This document shows positions 37,076 to 51,400 of a stretch of DNA of 64,000 bases, piece by piece. The notes beneath the pieces were generated by a model. The model searched no databases. It was not told the DNA's origin and saw nothing but the letters and a program-made list of their open reading frames with translations. The position numbers and the translations under genes were made by a program. Origin of the DNA: Takakia lepidozioides (taxonomy: Eukaryota; Plantae; Bryophyta); the NCBI GenBank assembly GCA_030704615.1, contig CM060733.1, positions 620,001-684,000 of the forward strand, written 5' to 3'. Each line of letters begins with the position of its first letter. Positions within the stretch are counted from its first letter, which is position 1.

Positions 37076-40000
37076 TTCTTCGAAATTCGAGCAAAATTTT
37101 CAAACCCTTCTCAATTTGATTAATTATAAAGATGAGTCAACAAAATATAACTAAGCAATGTACGATCCAAGAAAATTATACAATATGATGAACGTTAAAA
37201 AAATTGGACTTAGTAAACTCAAGAGTTGTTTTTGAACAAGCGGTTAGTCACGTATGGCAGCTGGCTCCTCTTTGTGTATAGTAAAATCTATTTTTATCCA
37301 TTTATTCTCCATAAATTTTTCAATAAGAGAGATGTTACCCAAGGGAGGTGTTACCTGTAGTTTTCAGCAAAGGGGAGGAGTTGACACATAGGGAAGGCAG
37401 AACAGAGGCTTAGTGATTTTTGACACTGATGCGTAGTTTTCTCTTTAGAATAAAGAGGAGCCAATAAATGAACTGAAATAGTCACCGAAACTCAAAAGAG
37501 TTTATGTATTTGAACTGATGTATATACTAAAAACTGAAAATTCATAAAAACTGTAAACCTGTACGATTGTAAATATTCCAGAGCTCCTTGGAAGGACGCT
37601 TTCACTCATCTTGTTCTGCCGTCTTTTGCAGTTGACTCTTTGTATTTGCTTTATGGGCCCATGGGTTTCTTTTTTCCCCCTTAAAGAGAATGTGGGTAAA
37701 TCCTGGAAGGCGTGCCAAGCCCTTCAGGGTCAAGAGACACCATAATTACACTTCATTCAGGAGCCTTCATACATTTTTTTTTTCCTTCCCCAAGGAAACA
37801 CCAGCCCCGCAAATTGGGCCTTGAGGCCTCATACTTTTGTTTGTTGGGGTTGGAAAAATGTAACACGTCCATCTAAAAGTGTGGAATGCAACATTTTTTG
37901 AACCTTAAAACAGGAAGCAACAGATAGCGAACGGATATTCGGGTTGTTGAAGCCACCTTGTTATATTTAGTGTTTGTTTAGTCAGCCCTCAGGTTTCACT
38001 TTGGTAGTTTAAATGATCGGTGAACATAACATATATGTGGAAGTGCTAAAGTCTTCCTCAAGCCTTGCTATTAGGAACGTATCTAACAATGAGAGATACT
38101 TTAGAGCGCATCTTATATTGTGAGATCATTGCACGTAACCTGTTGAACCTCCGACAACCGGTCGAAAAAACAAAAAATGACCGGCGATCCCTGTGTGCAT
38201 ACCAGGATATTTAATGCATTGCATTCAAACAATTCAAATGAATAGATTGTGTTATAATGACACTTAAATTAACCACCATAGGTAGTTGTTTGTCTTATTA
38301 GCTTATGATAATGATGGATCATGCACACACACACACACAACTCAATGGGTATTAATGTTATCTCATCCGCCTAATATACAATGAACAACCGTTTACCATC
38401 CAAAATCCAACAGCGCACCTCAAGCTACTGAAGCTTGTCTCCAACTCAACTAGCAATGCATTGGCCATACAACAAGCTAACGATGCATGCTCAAGTCCAA
38501 CGATGCATGTCCCTTATTATCCAAAGTCCAACGTCGGTTTACAACGGTGCATACTTGAGTCCAATGGATGCTACTCTTTATCCAATGGATGATAAATTTT
38601 TAATAGATCTTTCATAACATTAATTGCTAGGGGCTAATTGCACACTATAAGAATTGCAAGCCCTCATTTGAACGTGCACGTCTTCCACGAGCTCTCAAGG
38701 TAAGGCTCTACTATGTCTACTTGTTGTATTGCAATGTCTTTTCATTTTATTCTTTTGTTTGGTATGTTTATAGTTATTTTCTGTTTATTTCCTGTTTTTG
38801 TGCTCGGTTAAGTTTTTTTGGGGGGGAGGACACTGGTAGAAACACCTAAAATGGACCACATCCCAAAACGGACCCCTAGAAAAATATGTAAACCAATCAT
38901 ATGTGATCTCTAAAAGGTGTTTTGATCACAAGTGGTCCAGATTAGGTCATGTGGTGGGCCAGAATGGAAACTGCAATGAACCCTTTGAACTTATACATGA
39001 TCATGAAGACACCACTTAATTGACAAATTAATAACCACCGGCGCGCATTTTGAGAGAGGTATCAAGTCATGAATGAATGAGTCGAGACAGGAAGAATGAA
39101 TCCAAACATGCAGGAGAGGGGATCAAATTTCGTGATCAATGATCCCGATTGAGTTTCATCTAGATCAACGATCCAGGATTGAATTTCATCCAGATGGACC
39201 TTTAACTCAGTTTTCCTTAGGAGTGGGAGGCTACTTTAAGGTCAGTAAATGGTTATGTTAGTTTTGTTTGTTGAAAGAAGAACATACGTTACAAAGACGG
39301 ATAACCCGCCTACTAGAATCGCAGTACGGACGTGTCGTCATTGTACTTGTCGGGTATGATGTTTCTACCATCTACGATATTACGATTTTGGTATTCATAA
39401 TTAATATAACTTTGTATAATTATATAATTGTATAAAATATAAAATGCTTGAATATATATATATATATATCGATTTGACTATACCGTCTTCGAATGAATTA
39501 GTATTACAATTGTTATACGATATTGTCTTTGGATATTTTAGGTATATTGCTTCTTATGACTTAAAATGTTGGTTTTTCAATGCATCGCGTACTATTATAT
39601 CAAGCTGGGATATTATTTCTAATCAATAGTGATGTATTAAAACATTATCAATCAAACAATATTTTTAGGATTTAGGTGATATTATGGATCCATCGACATT
39701 TCATTAGTTTATTATTGATTCTATTGAGTCCATATTACTTTAAACCTCCAATGATATATGAACAACTTAAATTATATATTAACAATTGAATGTGCATTGT
39801 TCAAGCATGGTCGGAGCACCTATTCAATAGCTACTTGAATATGTAAAATGTTACATATTCAATATTAGATGGGACGCGATGAGTCTCATTCATTATTCCG
39901 ATTCGAACATGAAAGATTATTGTTTATATAAATTACATTAGAGTAGACAAAGTCACTGATTACATGGGATTGTCATAGCAATTCTTATTCAGTACGTCGA

Positions 40001-42299
40001 CATGACTTCAACTCATACAGTCTCTATAAATGATGATGTCGATAATGTGGATATTGCTCATATTATACAATCAGGTCATGTTGACATGCGTGCACCAATA
40101 CGTGTCCCTATTAGTCCACTCTCATACGCTACACAGTTTGTTACTCCGGTGCCGAGCTCTCGTCAGATATTTTCTATACGTGATTTAGAGGTGGGTTTTA
40201 GTGCACATGATCGTCGTAGATGGCAATACTGGTGGGGCATGACCTATTTGACATCTGTTGTCAGTGGTGTACCGATTACTGAGTGTCATGATAGTGAGAT
40301 CTCTATGTCATTCAATACATTGGCCAAAGTATAAGACACTGTTATTTGGCACTCGTCAATATTGTTCCGACTTGGGGATGTATGACCTATTAATCGTGAC
40401 CGTGAGACAGAGCATGTATTGACAAAGATACAACAATGTTTTGACCCTACATAGATTGCGATATTGATGGTTGATATTGGGATGATTCACCACACTCTTC
40501 GACTTCTTAAGTCGTTTAACGTGTTTGACGTTTTCAAATAATGTTAATTCCACAAATGTCGTTCAGCGGATGAAGATTAGTTTTATTAGATTGTGCATAC
40601 ATATTTATATGACGTTTGTGATTTTATGTATTTTTTATGTCCACTTCAGTCTTCAGTATGAATTCATACTAGATTAATTTTATTGTTATGTTTAGGAATT
40701 CTACACCGAGACTTCGGCATCTGGGCTTGGTTGGGGCCGCACAGATGATGTTATATAACGTGCAAGTTGATAGCATTGAGGCATGAATTACACATGTGAT
40801 ATTGTGTTATGAGAAGCACTCTGGTTGCCAAGTTGGTGGTGAAGTTGTTGTTAAACTTGATATCGACTCACAACTCCACTACGACAAATGAGAACAAGTT
40901 TTAATCAATTTCAAACATTTGGTTGCAGTAGCGTCATCTTTATAACCTGTATTGTAAAATACACGTCATTCCATTCATGTTTATTATTAATGTGATTATT
41001 TTTATTTCAAGTATGTGAGGTTGCATTGGAGTTGCTTTGTGACCGCGGGTTGTTAGCATGTCTATCCATTGCCAAGTGGGAGGAAAAATGATGTTGGCCC
41101 TGAGGTTATCGCTCATATTGTCAACATGAAGACATTTCCGGATGGAGATCATCTTTTCGACTAGTTAGGGCAACTTATAACACACGGGCTGAGCATGTTT
41201 GATGGATGTCATGTACGCTTCACTCTTGTGGAGTGTCATGATCTACAATATATATATGCTCTCGTTTGCAGAGGTGGGGGTCTCCGCCACTGACACATCG
41301 TTTTGCCCTTGGTGTAGCATTACAAGAGCCACTTCTGGCTACATCACTTACCTACATGTGGTTGAGCCCTTTGATATCATGTTGTCCTTGTCAACACAGC
41401 TGACCTGATTATGGTATGTGTTGAATCATCTTGCATCTTAGATCTACGCCAGACCCTATACCACTCTCTCTTTATCTTTGCATAGGAAGAGCGCAGAGGG
41501 GTACCCTTCACCCAAAATGAGAGATAAAGAGAAAATGAAAAAAAAAAAAAAAACAACGCGGGAGAAGAGAGTGTTGGATGGAGATAAATTACAGGACTCT
41601 GTCGGTCCATGCCAAAGGTCCGATATGGACCAACAGATGAACCACCAAATAGTTCATCCTGGGTTATTCGGAAAATTTCGTCATCTCCCATTATTTAGTT
41701 TGGACTAATTCGTTTCTTAAATGTGTTCTATCTAAGGTGACTGATTAATGTTTAGGCTAAGCACTAGGCTATTTTGGTCATTACAAAAACAGAAACAGCC
41801 TTCAGTTCTAAAATGTTATGAATAGTTATATCACCGTCTTAGTTGGTGAGCAGATCCACCGTCAATTGCTGATAGCCATTTATTTCACAGCCCACTTAGT
41901 TAAGGTATCTGTATGCTTTGGTCCTTTGTATTATTTCATTCTAGCATACGGTCCTCTAAGCTGTTAGAATACAGCAGTTCTATATAGTATCAGAGCACCA
42001 GAGGACAAAGTAAATCATAATTTCTTCGAGGTTTTAGGTGGTCACTAGGACGAACCTTCCGGTGTGCAGCTTTGCTCCGCCACATGGAGATGCGTGTGTT
42101 TTATTTGGGAGCATTGCTTCAGAAATTTTTTTTCATGTAGTTTTGTTTCTTTCTTTCTCTGCTACAGTTGATTTGTATTAGTGTGTTTAGTTGTTCAAAA
42201 ATGGCCAACGGTTCTGATCTCATCGTTTCTCAGCAAAACAAACTTGTAAAAAAGATTCGTCTAACTACACAGTTTCGAAGTTTAAAATCAAGAATATTA

Positions 42300-42461
42300 T
42301 GATCGTCTGCTCCGTCGGTCTCGATTTTATCCAAAAGAGAAAACAGAAAAATCTTGGCCACCAGCTTTGGCGGTCCCAATTTTATCCAGAAAACCATCTA
42401 AAAATATTTAAAGAAAAACGAGACTGCCAGCTTTGGTTGTCTTGATTTTATCCCAAACAAG

Positions 42462-42499
<38 letters not shown>

Positions 42500-44775
42500 A
42501 ACCATCTCTGATGGTTCCGCTTTATGAAATATTCAAAAAAAAATATAGGACCGCCAAAGCTTGCATTCCCGATTTATTAAATATTTTCTTGATATTTTGG
42601 GACCGCCAGATTGACCTAAGTATTTTCGTACTTTGCTTGCGTTTTCGTCTCTTGTTGATGACTGTTGTCTTCATGGTACGTGATTTCTTCGGCCATTGCT
42701 AAATCGTCTGTCATGCGCTTGGTGCCCACGGATTCTCAGGCAGTCGGAAGAATCTTTGTCTGGTACAGCTCCAATGCCCTCCCAAGTTCCGGCAAAAAAG
42801 CTCAATTTGGACTTCATCATCCGTGTCATAAGCCTGCGATTCAGAGGCGTACACATCCATGAAAGCCTCAACTCTACGCAACCTGCATTAGTCTGTCCGG
42901 TGCATTGTCATGGATGTAATTATGCTGTTTTTCAAACGCTGCGTCTTTTTGTGGAAAGTATAATTATGTGCAGCAGCTGAAATCTCAAATACTTCTATGT
43001 TTTCTTATTTTATGCTCTCCTTGCGCTTGGTTGTTGCCTTCCTTGTCGTTCCGGTCTTTGTTGCTCATGCAGACCGTTTTTTTTCATATGATTTTATAGG
43101 GTCTATTTTCAAGTCTGTGGGCCCGCCTCGTGCGCGTGTCCATGACCTTAGTATAAAGTGCTTCGCAAACATTTGTATGTGCATATTGTCCCTTCTGTGC
43201 TCTCCGACATGACGCTAACGTGCTAGCGCCATGTCACGTCTATTTGTGCAATCCTAATCCAGAGAGCTTTGTCTTGAGCCAACTTTCGACATTTTAGTCT
43301 ATTTCAAAAAAAAATCTTACAACAATTTTGACGTGAGCTCGATTGGATCAGGGAGGGTCCTTTGAGCAATGATGGAGCTAGCATATGTCATATAAGAGTT
43401 AGGCAGACCGTTACGGATAGTCAGCACAATGACATTGTCTAATATAATCTCCCCAAATCCAGTTAGTTGTGAAGGTTGCACACTGACGTCGCGTCAGATT
43501 ACGTCAGATCTAACGCTCATATGGGCTTGCATCACGTCAATTTTATATAAAATTAAGTAAAATATATATGGGATAAAAAAAAAATGTCACATAAGCTAAA
43601 AAAAAAAAATCACGTGGCCTGAACAAACAACCCAAAAAATATCATGTCAGTTGTAATAATTGTTAGCTTGATAATGCGGGACTGCCAAAGCAAACGGTCC
43701 CAATTTATTAATTATTTTTTCAAAAACGAGAAAATCAGAGTTGGTTGTCTCGAATTATCAAAAAAAAAATCACTGCCAAAATTTGGCAATCGCAGCCATT
43801 AAACTTTTCTTAGCTATATGCGATCGTCAAATATTGACGTTTTTATTCTTTTAAATATGTGTGATCGCCAATTAAGAGTTACGATCCCATGTAACTTTTA
43901 AAAAAAAAAATTGGTGCGACCACCATAATTGGCGGGTCGCATTCATTTAAGGGGAGCAATAGTTGGTGTGACCGCCAAGGTTGGTGGCGCATGTAATTTT
44001 TTTTAAATACATACGACTGCCATATATGGAGAATCGTATTAATTTTTTTTTAAATAGCTACAACCGCCGATATCCGCAGACGCACATAATATTTTTTTAA
44101 ATACATACAACTGCTAAAATTTGACAGTCGCATAAGATTTTTTCAATTGAAAATATGTATGAACATCAAAATTCGGAGGTCGGAGGTCGAAAGTTATATA
44201 TATATATATATATGTGCAACCGCCAAAACTCGATGATGACATATAAAAGCTTCTTGAAAAATAAGTGCAACTGCCAAAATTCAGCGGTCGCTTGTAATTT
44301 AATTTTCCAAAAATTAATATGACTGTCAATTCTGGCGGTCGCATATATTAAATAAGTAAAAGATTACATGCAACCGCTAGGGCAGCGACTAGTTTATGGT
44401 TTAGGTTGTTTAAGGCGGCGGTTGGCTTAGTGTGTGGTGTTTGCAAATTAGGTGGGTTCTTCGGATTATATTTGCATTGTGAAATGAATGGATTATTGAG
44501 CGTAAATAGTGGGTACAGATCGCGAGCATTCAAGCAGAAATTTTATTCTTTAAAGCATCTGCAAGTTTTTTTTTTTTTTCCTCTTTCACACAATGGAGAT
44601 GGAAACCAAGGAAAGTGAACATGAAAACTTGCTCAATCAACAGAGAAAGCACACTTGCTCTTTACTTGTTACATTTTTCAACCCTCCATTACCTGCACCT
44701 AAAACTGACATGACGTAAGCTATGTCAGCGTTAGGTCTGATGCGAGCTGACGTCAGTGACGTAGATAACGAGGTA
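42300..44775. mobile_element. Degenerate termini and hairpin arrays of the 'E' family
   Basis: 43206-43253 is an inverted homolog of 59924-59970. 43471-43545 and 44701-44775 are homologs of 892-950. Decayed GCGACCGCC..GGCGGTCGC units at 42300-42620 and 43680-44380. Confidence 0.6.
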
Positions 44776-46019
44776 TAGTCAGCATGAACGGCGCGGAAAG
44801 ATACTAGAATTTAAATTTTGAGAATTTGGTGTAGACACTAAATCAACTTTCGGACCTAAAACTCTTGATTGAATAAAACTTAATATAAATTTATTCACAA
44901 TTTTAAACTGTATATAACGAGGAACTGGAGGTTCAGCTGTATGATAAGGCGTGTGTCAAAAGACATTTTCATGCACAGCCAAACCAACCTCATCGAGTTC
45001 AACATGTACATTACAAATACAGCAATCTTTTTGTAAAACTAATAAACCATTTACATACGGTCGACAAATATTACAGGTTCCAACTAAGTAATCTATTTGT
45101 CTAAGTAATTTATTGGTTGGAACCTATAATATTTATCATCTAATATGTGTAGCTATTGATGACGTACGTGTTAAAGTCCATAAATAAACATAAAGACATG
45201 TATAAGAAGAGTATAATTTCTTTCCACGTCCGGAAGCGTATAACCCTCTATCCGATAATCATCCCGAACAGAATCATGTAATGCTATTACAAAATCAATG
45301 AACAATAATGATTGGTCAAATTTTTTTCTCGAGCTATTCACGTCGATACCATGATGTATATGTTAATATGACACCATTTGATTTTCGCAACGTATTTATC
45401 TGTTTTATTTTTATTTAAAAAATATGGTTTTTTTTTTCATTTTCACTAAATTAGGCCGATTGATACAAGGCGCAATGAACGCAACAAAATTGTCATTCAT
45501 CACACATCACACGGTCATATTACATTGATAATCATTCTTTATTGTTCGTTAAATTTGAACATCGAATTAAAATAATCATCAAATCTATCTTCCCGAGCCT
45601 CATTCATCAAACTCAAACATTCAATCATTTCGAATTTATCCCTTATTGACTCAAGGGTTATGGACCACGTCAAATCAAATCAAAAAAATTATCCGAACCT
45701 TGTAAGTTATACCTATACACTCATTTCAATTAAAAACCCTCGTTTCCCATGGCTCAATGCCGAAGCGTAGGACTGAATCAAGGTGTTAGCTTGGTAGCCA
45801 TGAAATCATGGAAACGATGTCATTTCACCACATGAATTGATTTAATTTACAAGCACATAGCCTAATTATTAGCATCAGTGACGTCAAGTCACAGGTCATG
45901 TCAGACCCAAATGTTGAGATACAAATGTAATTTTTAAAGGGGTGAAAAATGTGACATGTAAGTCTACCCGTCCTCGCAAAATATATGCAAGTATTTTATT
46001 TTTATTTTTTTAAAACAAA

Positions 46020-46550
46020 TTGGATGACCATCGTTTAACTGTCATTTGGTGATTGGCCAACTGTCCTCGGTCGTCGCCGTCGCCCAACGGTTGTTTGAAC
46101 CCAAAAAAATAATAATATTAAATATTAAAAAAACTGCATAATCACCAATGACCATCGTCCGGTGATCATCCAACTGTCGCCAGGCAGTCGTCCAAACCCA
46201 AAATTAAATTAAAAAATCGCATAGCCACAGTCATCCATCGTCGTCCATCATGAAATTTATATATATATATAAAACTGTGTAGTCCCTTTCGTCGTCGCCC
46301 AGGCAGTCGACCGAACCTGAAACCTGCATAATCATCGTCGTCCAGCGGTCGTCCTACTATTGTTCGTCGTCGAACGGTCACTCGGAGGCCGTCTAATTGT
46401 CTCCTAGCCATTGTTGTCGCATAGCGGTCGCCCGAACTCAAGAAATTAATAATGATTAAATATAAATAAATAAAAAACCGCATAGCCGCCGTCGCTCATC
46501 GTCCGGAAGTCGCCCAACTGTCGTCCGGCCAGCCCTCGCCCGAAATATTT
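46020..46550. repeat. Degenerate TCGTCG/CGACC-rich units separated by AT tracts (subterminal-repeat-like)
   Basis: About 6 GC blocks with cgtcgccc / gtcgtcc motifs alternate with poly-A/AT spacers. Confidence 0.5.
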
Positions 46551-46775
46551 CTTTTAAATGAAAAATAAATAAAAACAAAAACAAAAACAAAAACAAAACC
46601 AAAAAACCAAAAAACGTCATGTGTGCAGTATACGTAGGCCGTCACCTTGACAATGGGTTAAATTGGGTGTTGTGAAATATAAATATAAGAAATAAGGCCC
46701 ACCCAAACTCCGCCATCAGCCTCTCCTCATCTATCCAGCACTCCACCTACTGCCCATTCCCAGCGGGTACACTCA

Positions 46776-47702
46776 CTCAACATCACAACTTCGAATGTAG
46801 GTGCACTTGCCACCAGCATTCAAAGCCTATTGCATCTCACAGACTCCACCTCATCACATATCATTCTCTTACAAGAAACCAAACTCAATACACAAAGACC
46901 CATTAGCTTTTATATAAGCAAGCTCCTCCCAGCATACTACATGTTATACGGTAACGCGTATACGGCAAAACAATGCTTCACCAGAGGCTCCGCCCCATGT
47001 CATCCCACTCGTGGTGGAGTTGCCTACGGTATCCTCCGAATACATCACTTCCCTAGCACCACGATCAAAGTATCGGTCGCCCCCCCTCTTAGATCACATC
47101 TCCAAATCATTAAACTACTACTCCCTGCACTTCCCCCCATTACACTCATACACTTATACATGCCATCACACGAGGATGACCTCCCTCCCCCTTATCCCAA
47201 AAATCTTACTTATCATATCCAACACACTTATCCAAAACTTGACTAACCCACAACACTTTATATTAGCAGCAATTTTAACAGAGACATCGCCCTCATGGGC
47301 CATACATACAATGGCACACGTAAAACCCCCTCACCATCAGACCATGAATGGACAAAATTTACCCAATCACATCACCTATAATACATACCCGCAGACCACC
47401 ACTACTCTAGACAAGGAGAACTCAACTACTCATCCCTAAGTCTCCTAGACGGCTACTACCTCAAAACACAAAATGAGATCCCTACATATCTCAATAGCCA
47501 TGTCCATATTGACAGTTTATGCAACTCAGACCAGGTAACTTTCCCACCATCCCTTATTCCTTTCCGGACTATCCCGACCGTGCATGCCCCCCCACCTCAG
47601 GCTAGAATTATATCCCAACTCCCCCAACGCAATATAACTGTCATCCTAAAACATTTTCACCCCATGTCCTCACACCTTATACTAAAACTTTCAGAGATAC
47701 TC
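46776..47702 (+). pseudogene. LINE AP-endonuclease domain (5' part of the long LINE)
   Basis: LNITTSNVGAL, ILLQETKL, RGGVAY, LIHLYMPS, SLLDGYY, NSDQ motifs with frameshifts. Confidence 0.8.
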
Positions 47703-48406
47703 TGTCGCGGCCCTTTGCCTTGAGGGCAGGGGGTCGGGACACATGAGGGGCTGCCCCTGTAGTGGGGGCAGCGGCAGCGATAGGTATGGGGGGCTGAAGC
47801 ACCCTTGAGTGCCCAAGGCACTCAGGTAAGCGGAGGCGCTCACTAGGTGGAGCCCCGCACACCGGGTTGCGGTGGGGGTGGCTCCACAAGGGGTGGTGGT
47901 AGCTTAGCGGGACTTAGTGGGGGTGGCATAGGACTCACCATGGGGGCGGAGACCTCGTGGTGGGAGTCGTGGGGAGTCTTGGGACTCATCACGGTCCATA
48001 GGGGCCGTGGTGAGTGGGCCAAGACTCACCGCGACTCATCACCGGGAATCGAGGGTTTTCGTGGTGGTTCGCCATAAAATGGCATGGCTGGTTGTGAAAC
48101 CCTCGCGGACAGCTACAGAAGTATATATAGGGAGTAGTAACCCCGAGAACGGTGCAAGCCCGTTGGTGACCAAAAACTAGTGAGTAAGCGAGCGAGCCGG
48201 AAAGCGACCAAAGAGTGGGGAGCTGTTCCGGACTGCCAACTACCAAAGGGAATTCCCGCCGGTTCCAAATCAGTGGAGGGTTCTTTGGGAGAACAAAGGG
48301 GGACTGTTATGCCCCGGTGAGCAGCCGAAGCTCCAAGTTGGCCCGGCGGCCAGGTTGGGAGTCACTATGACTTGAGGGGGAGCTTACCGAAGTGAGGTGC
48401 GCGACA
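47703..48406 (+). repeat. 5' LTR (704 bp)
   Basis: tgtcgcgg...gcgcgaca; about 8 substitutions plus a few indels relative to the 3' LTR. Confidence 0.96.
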
Positions 48407-48408
48407 CT

Positions 48409-48420
48409 TGGTATCAGAGC
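48409..48420 (+). promoter_or_regulatory. Primer binding site for initiator tRNA-Met
   Basis: TGGTATCAGAGC, 2 nt after the 5' LTR. Confidence 0.93.
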
Positions 48421-48461
48421 TTAGAGTTCAGTACGCGATCGTCCTTGGGATTGGCCTCATC

Positions 48462-51400
48462 ATGGGTCGGGCAAGCCAAAGCGAAAGCGGAACGGCCCAA
48501 AAGATGATGATCCTGGTGAGCCCGATGGGGGCGACGTGTCACCGAAGCGGCCGTTTGAGGAAGCGACGCAGGTTTCTGAAAACGAGGCCGCTCAAGAGCG
48601 GGAGGAATCCGAGGAGTCGGAGCCCGAGGAATCCCTGAGAGCTCCGACAGACCAACAGATGTCTCCCATGCCGACAGCTTTTTGGGAAGGGTTGTTGGCG
48701 CAGTTTGGCGGGACGTTGAAAGACGTGTTGAAGGCGGCTAATGCCACTTCCGCTAAGGCAAAGTTTAAGGTAAAGCCTAAGGATCCCGACACCTTCGAGG
48801 GCGTCCGAAATCGGAAGGCACTCAACACCTGGCTCTTGGAGCTAGAGCAGTACTTCCGGGCGGCCAAGTTGAGTGACGAGGATCGGGTGGAAGTGGCTCC
48901 CACCTATTTGAGGGGCTATGCTCAACAATGGTGGCAGAAACGCCTTCACGACCGAGGTCCAAGCCCGGAAACCTTGAACTGGAGTGGGTTCAAGGAATTG
49001 ATGAAGAGACAGTTTGTGCCTCTCAACGCGTCCTGGCTTGCCCGGGACAAGATGAGGAATTTGAAGCAAACAGATGACATTCGGGGGTATGTCCAGGCTT
49101 TCAATGTGCTGTTGCTCGAAGTCGCGGACATGGCAGAACCAGAAATGGTCTTCAACTTTGTGGCGGGACTGGCCCCATGGGCCAGGCGGAAGTTGGAGGA
49201 GAAGCCACCCAAAAACTTTGAACGAGGCAATTGAGAGGGCTGAATGTTTCTTGGATGTCCCTAGGGGTGAGAGACAAGGCCGTACGGAGCTGAACCACAA
49301 GAAGACCCAGCGGGAAGGTGACTCCTTCCGACCGGAAAAGAAGTGGGATAGGCCACGCGGCGACAATGGCACGTGGAAATCGAAGGGAGGGCCTTCACAC
49401 GCCAAGGCGGCACCCGGTGCTTCGAAAAGAAAAGCGGGTGGAGCGGCTTATGGCGGACAGAAGGCGACCTTTGATGGAGTGTGTTTCAATTGCGGGGAGC
49501 CCGGGCACATGGCCAAGAAGTGCACGAAACCTCGACAATTGAACATGACTCGGGCAACCACGGAGCTGTCGGAAGATACCATCAGTCGCTTGGTGGAAGC
49601 GGTGGTCGCCAGGACTTGCAAGGTAGGCAACTATTCTTGTGAGTTGTATCAGGAAACTGGCGCCCTGCGTAAAGGGAGTCAGTTATTGTTTGTGGATGGG
49701 ATAATATCCGGAACTAACGTGTCGTTGTTGGTGGACACAGGAGCGTCGCACTCCTTCATGACGCCGGCGGCGGCGCGAAAGTTGGGACTCCCGACAAGTG
49801 ACGTGGGGGCCTCTATTGAGGTGCGTTCTGCCAAAGGAGAACCACAGATGCGACAAGGTTGGCGTTTGATGTTCCTCTTCAACTGGGGAGTTGGGAGGGA
49901 CGTGAGAACTTCACCATCTGCGAGATCGATGGAGTGGATCTCATTTTGGGGATGACATTTTTGAGCAAATCCGGAGCGGTCATAGATGGCCGCAAGAGAG
50001 TAGTCACGCTGCCATGTGGGAATGGTGGCGAGGCCTTACGAGTGTCGGAAACGCCCAAATCCGTGGGAGGGCGAATAAACCTTCTGTCAGCAAGGGAGTG
50101 GGCCGTGGAGGAGGCACACGAGCCCCAGTTTTTGCTTTACATTAGAGAAGTGAAAGGAGAAGGCGATGGGGAGCCGAGCCCAGATTGGATCAAGGGAATT
50201 TTGGAGAAATACCAGGATGTGATGCCGGAGGATTTACCAAGCGGCTTGCCACCGCGAAGAGGAGTTGACCACAGATTGAGGTGATACCGGGATCGGAACC
50301 GCCTGCCAAGGCACCCTACCGGTTGAGCCACAGGAGTTGGTCGAGCTGAAGACTCAGCTCAAGGATCTAATGTCAAAGGGGTACATCCGGCCGAGTAAGT
50401 CACCTTACGGAGCCCCGGTGCTATTCGCAGACAAGAAGGATGGGACGCTGCGGATGTGTGTCGATTACAGGGCTTTGAATAAGGTGACTATTAAAAACGG
50501 TACCTTTTGCCAAGGATCGACGACCTTTTCGATCGGTTGGCAGGAGCGAAGTATTTCAGCCGGATCGACTTGCGCTCCGGCTATCATCAAATTGGGTGGC
50601 GGAAGGAGATGAGGAGAAGACCGCGTGCAGGACAAGGTATGGTTCATATGAGTTCTTGGTGATGCCTTTTGGGCTCACCAATGCACCTGCGACCTTTAGC
50701 ACGCTGATGAACAGCCTTTTTCAGGAGTGGTTGGATGACTTTGTGATCGTGTACATCGACGACATCTTGGTGTACTCGAAAACAAAGGAGGAGCACCTGG
50801 AGCACCTCAAAAGGGTGTTCCAAAAGTTGCGGGAAGGGAAGCTGTATGCCAAAGCTTCAAAGTGCGAATTCGGGGTCACGAAAGTGGAGTTCTTGGGGCA
50901 TGTGATTACACAGGATGGGATCAAAATGGATGACAGAAAGGTGAGGGCGATCTTGGACTGGGAGCCTCCGACTTCGGTCCCGGGAGTGCGATCCTTCCTA
51001 GGACTCGCCTCCTATTACCGGAAGTATGTGAGAAATTTCGCCAAGATCGCGGGGCCGCTGTCAGACCTTCTGTGTAAATCCAAAGTCTGGGCATGGAACA
51101 CCTTTTGTGGCCAAGCTTTTGCTGAATTGAAGCAGCGGATGGCGGAAGCTCCAGTCTTGAAAATCCCGGAGTTCGATCGTCCGTTCGAGATTCATACAGA
51201 TGCGTCGGACTTCGCGATTGGGGGTGTACTGATGCAAGATGGACGTCCAGTGGCTTACGAAAGTAAGAAACTGAATGAAGTGGAGCGACGGTGGCCGACG
51301 CACGAGAAAAGATGAAGGCGGTGGTGCACTGTCTTGAGCTTTGGCGCCACTATGTTGGTTCCAACCCAGTGAAGGTGTTCACGGACAATGTCACGGTGAA

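Noticed and set aside
38850-41700. Mutator-like or other transposase remnant
   Set aside because: AT-rich and heavily decayed; no motif or paired TIR could be supported.
43481-44758. CACTA (CACTG...CAGTG) element
   Set aside because: No 3-bp TSD (gca vs acg), and homology to 890-950 extends beyond the CACTG, so it is internal to a different terminus.
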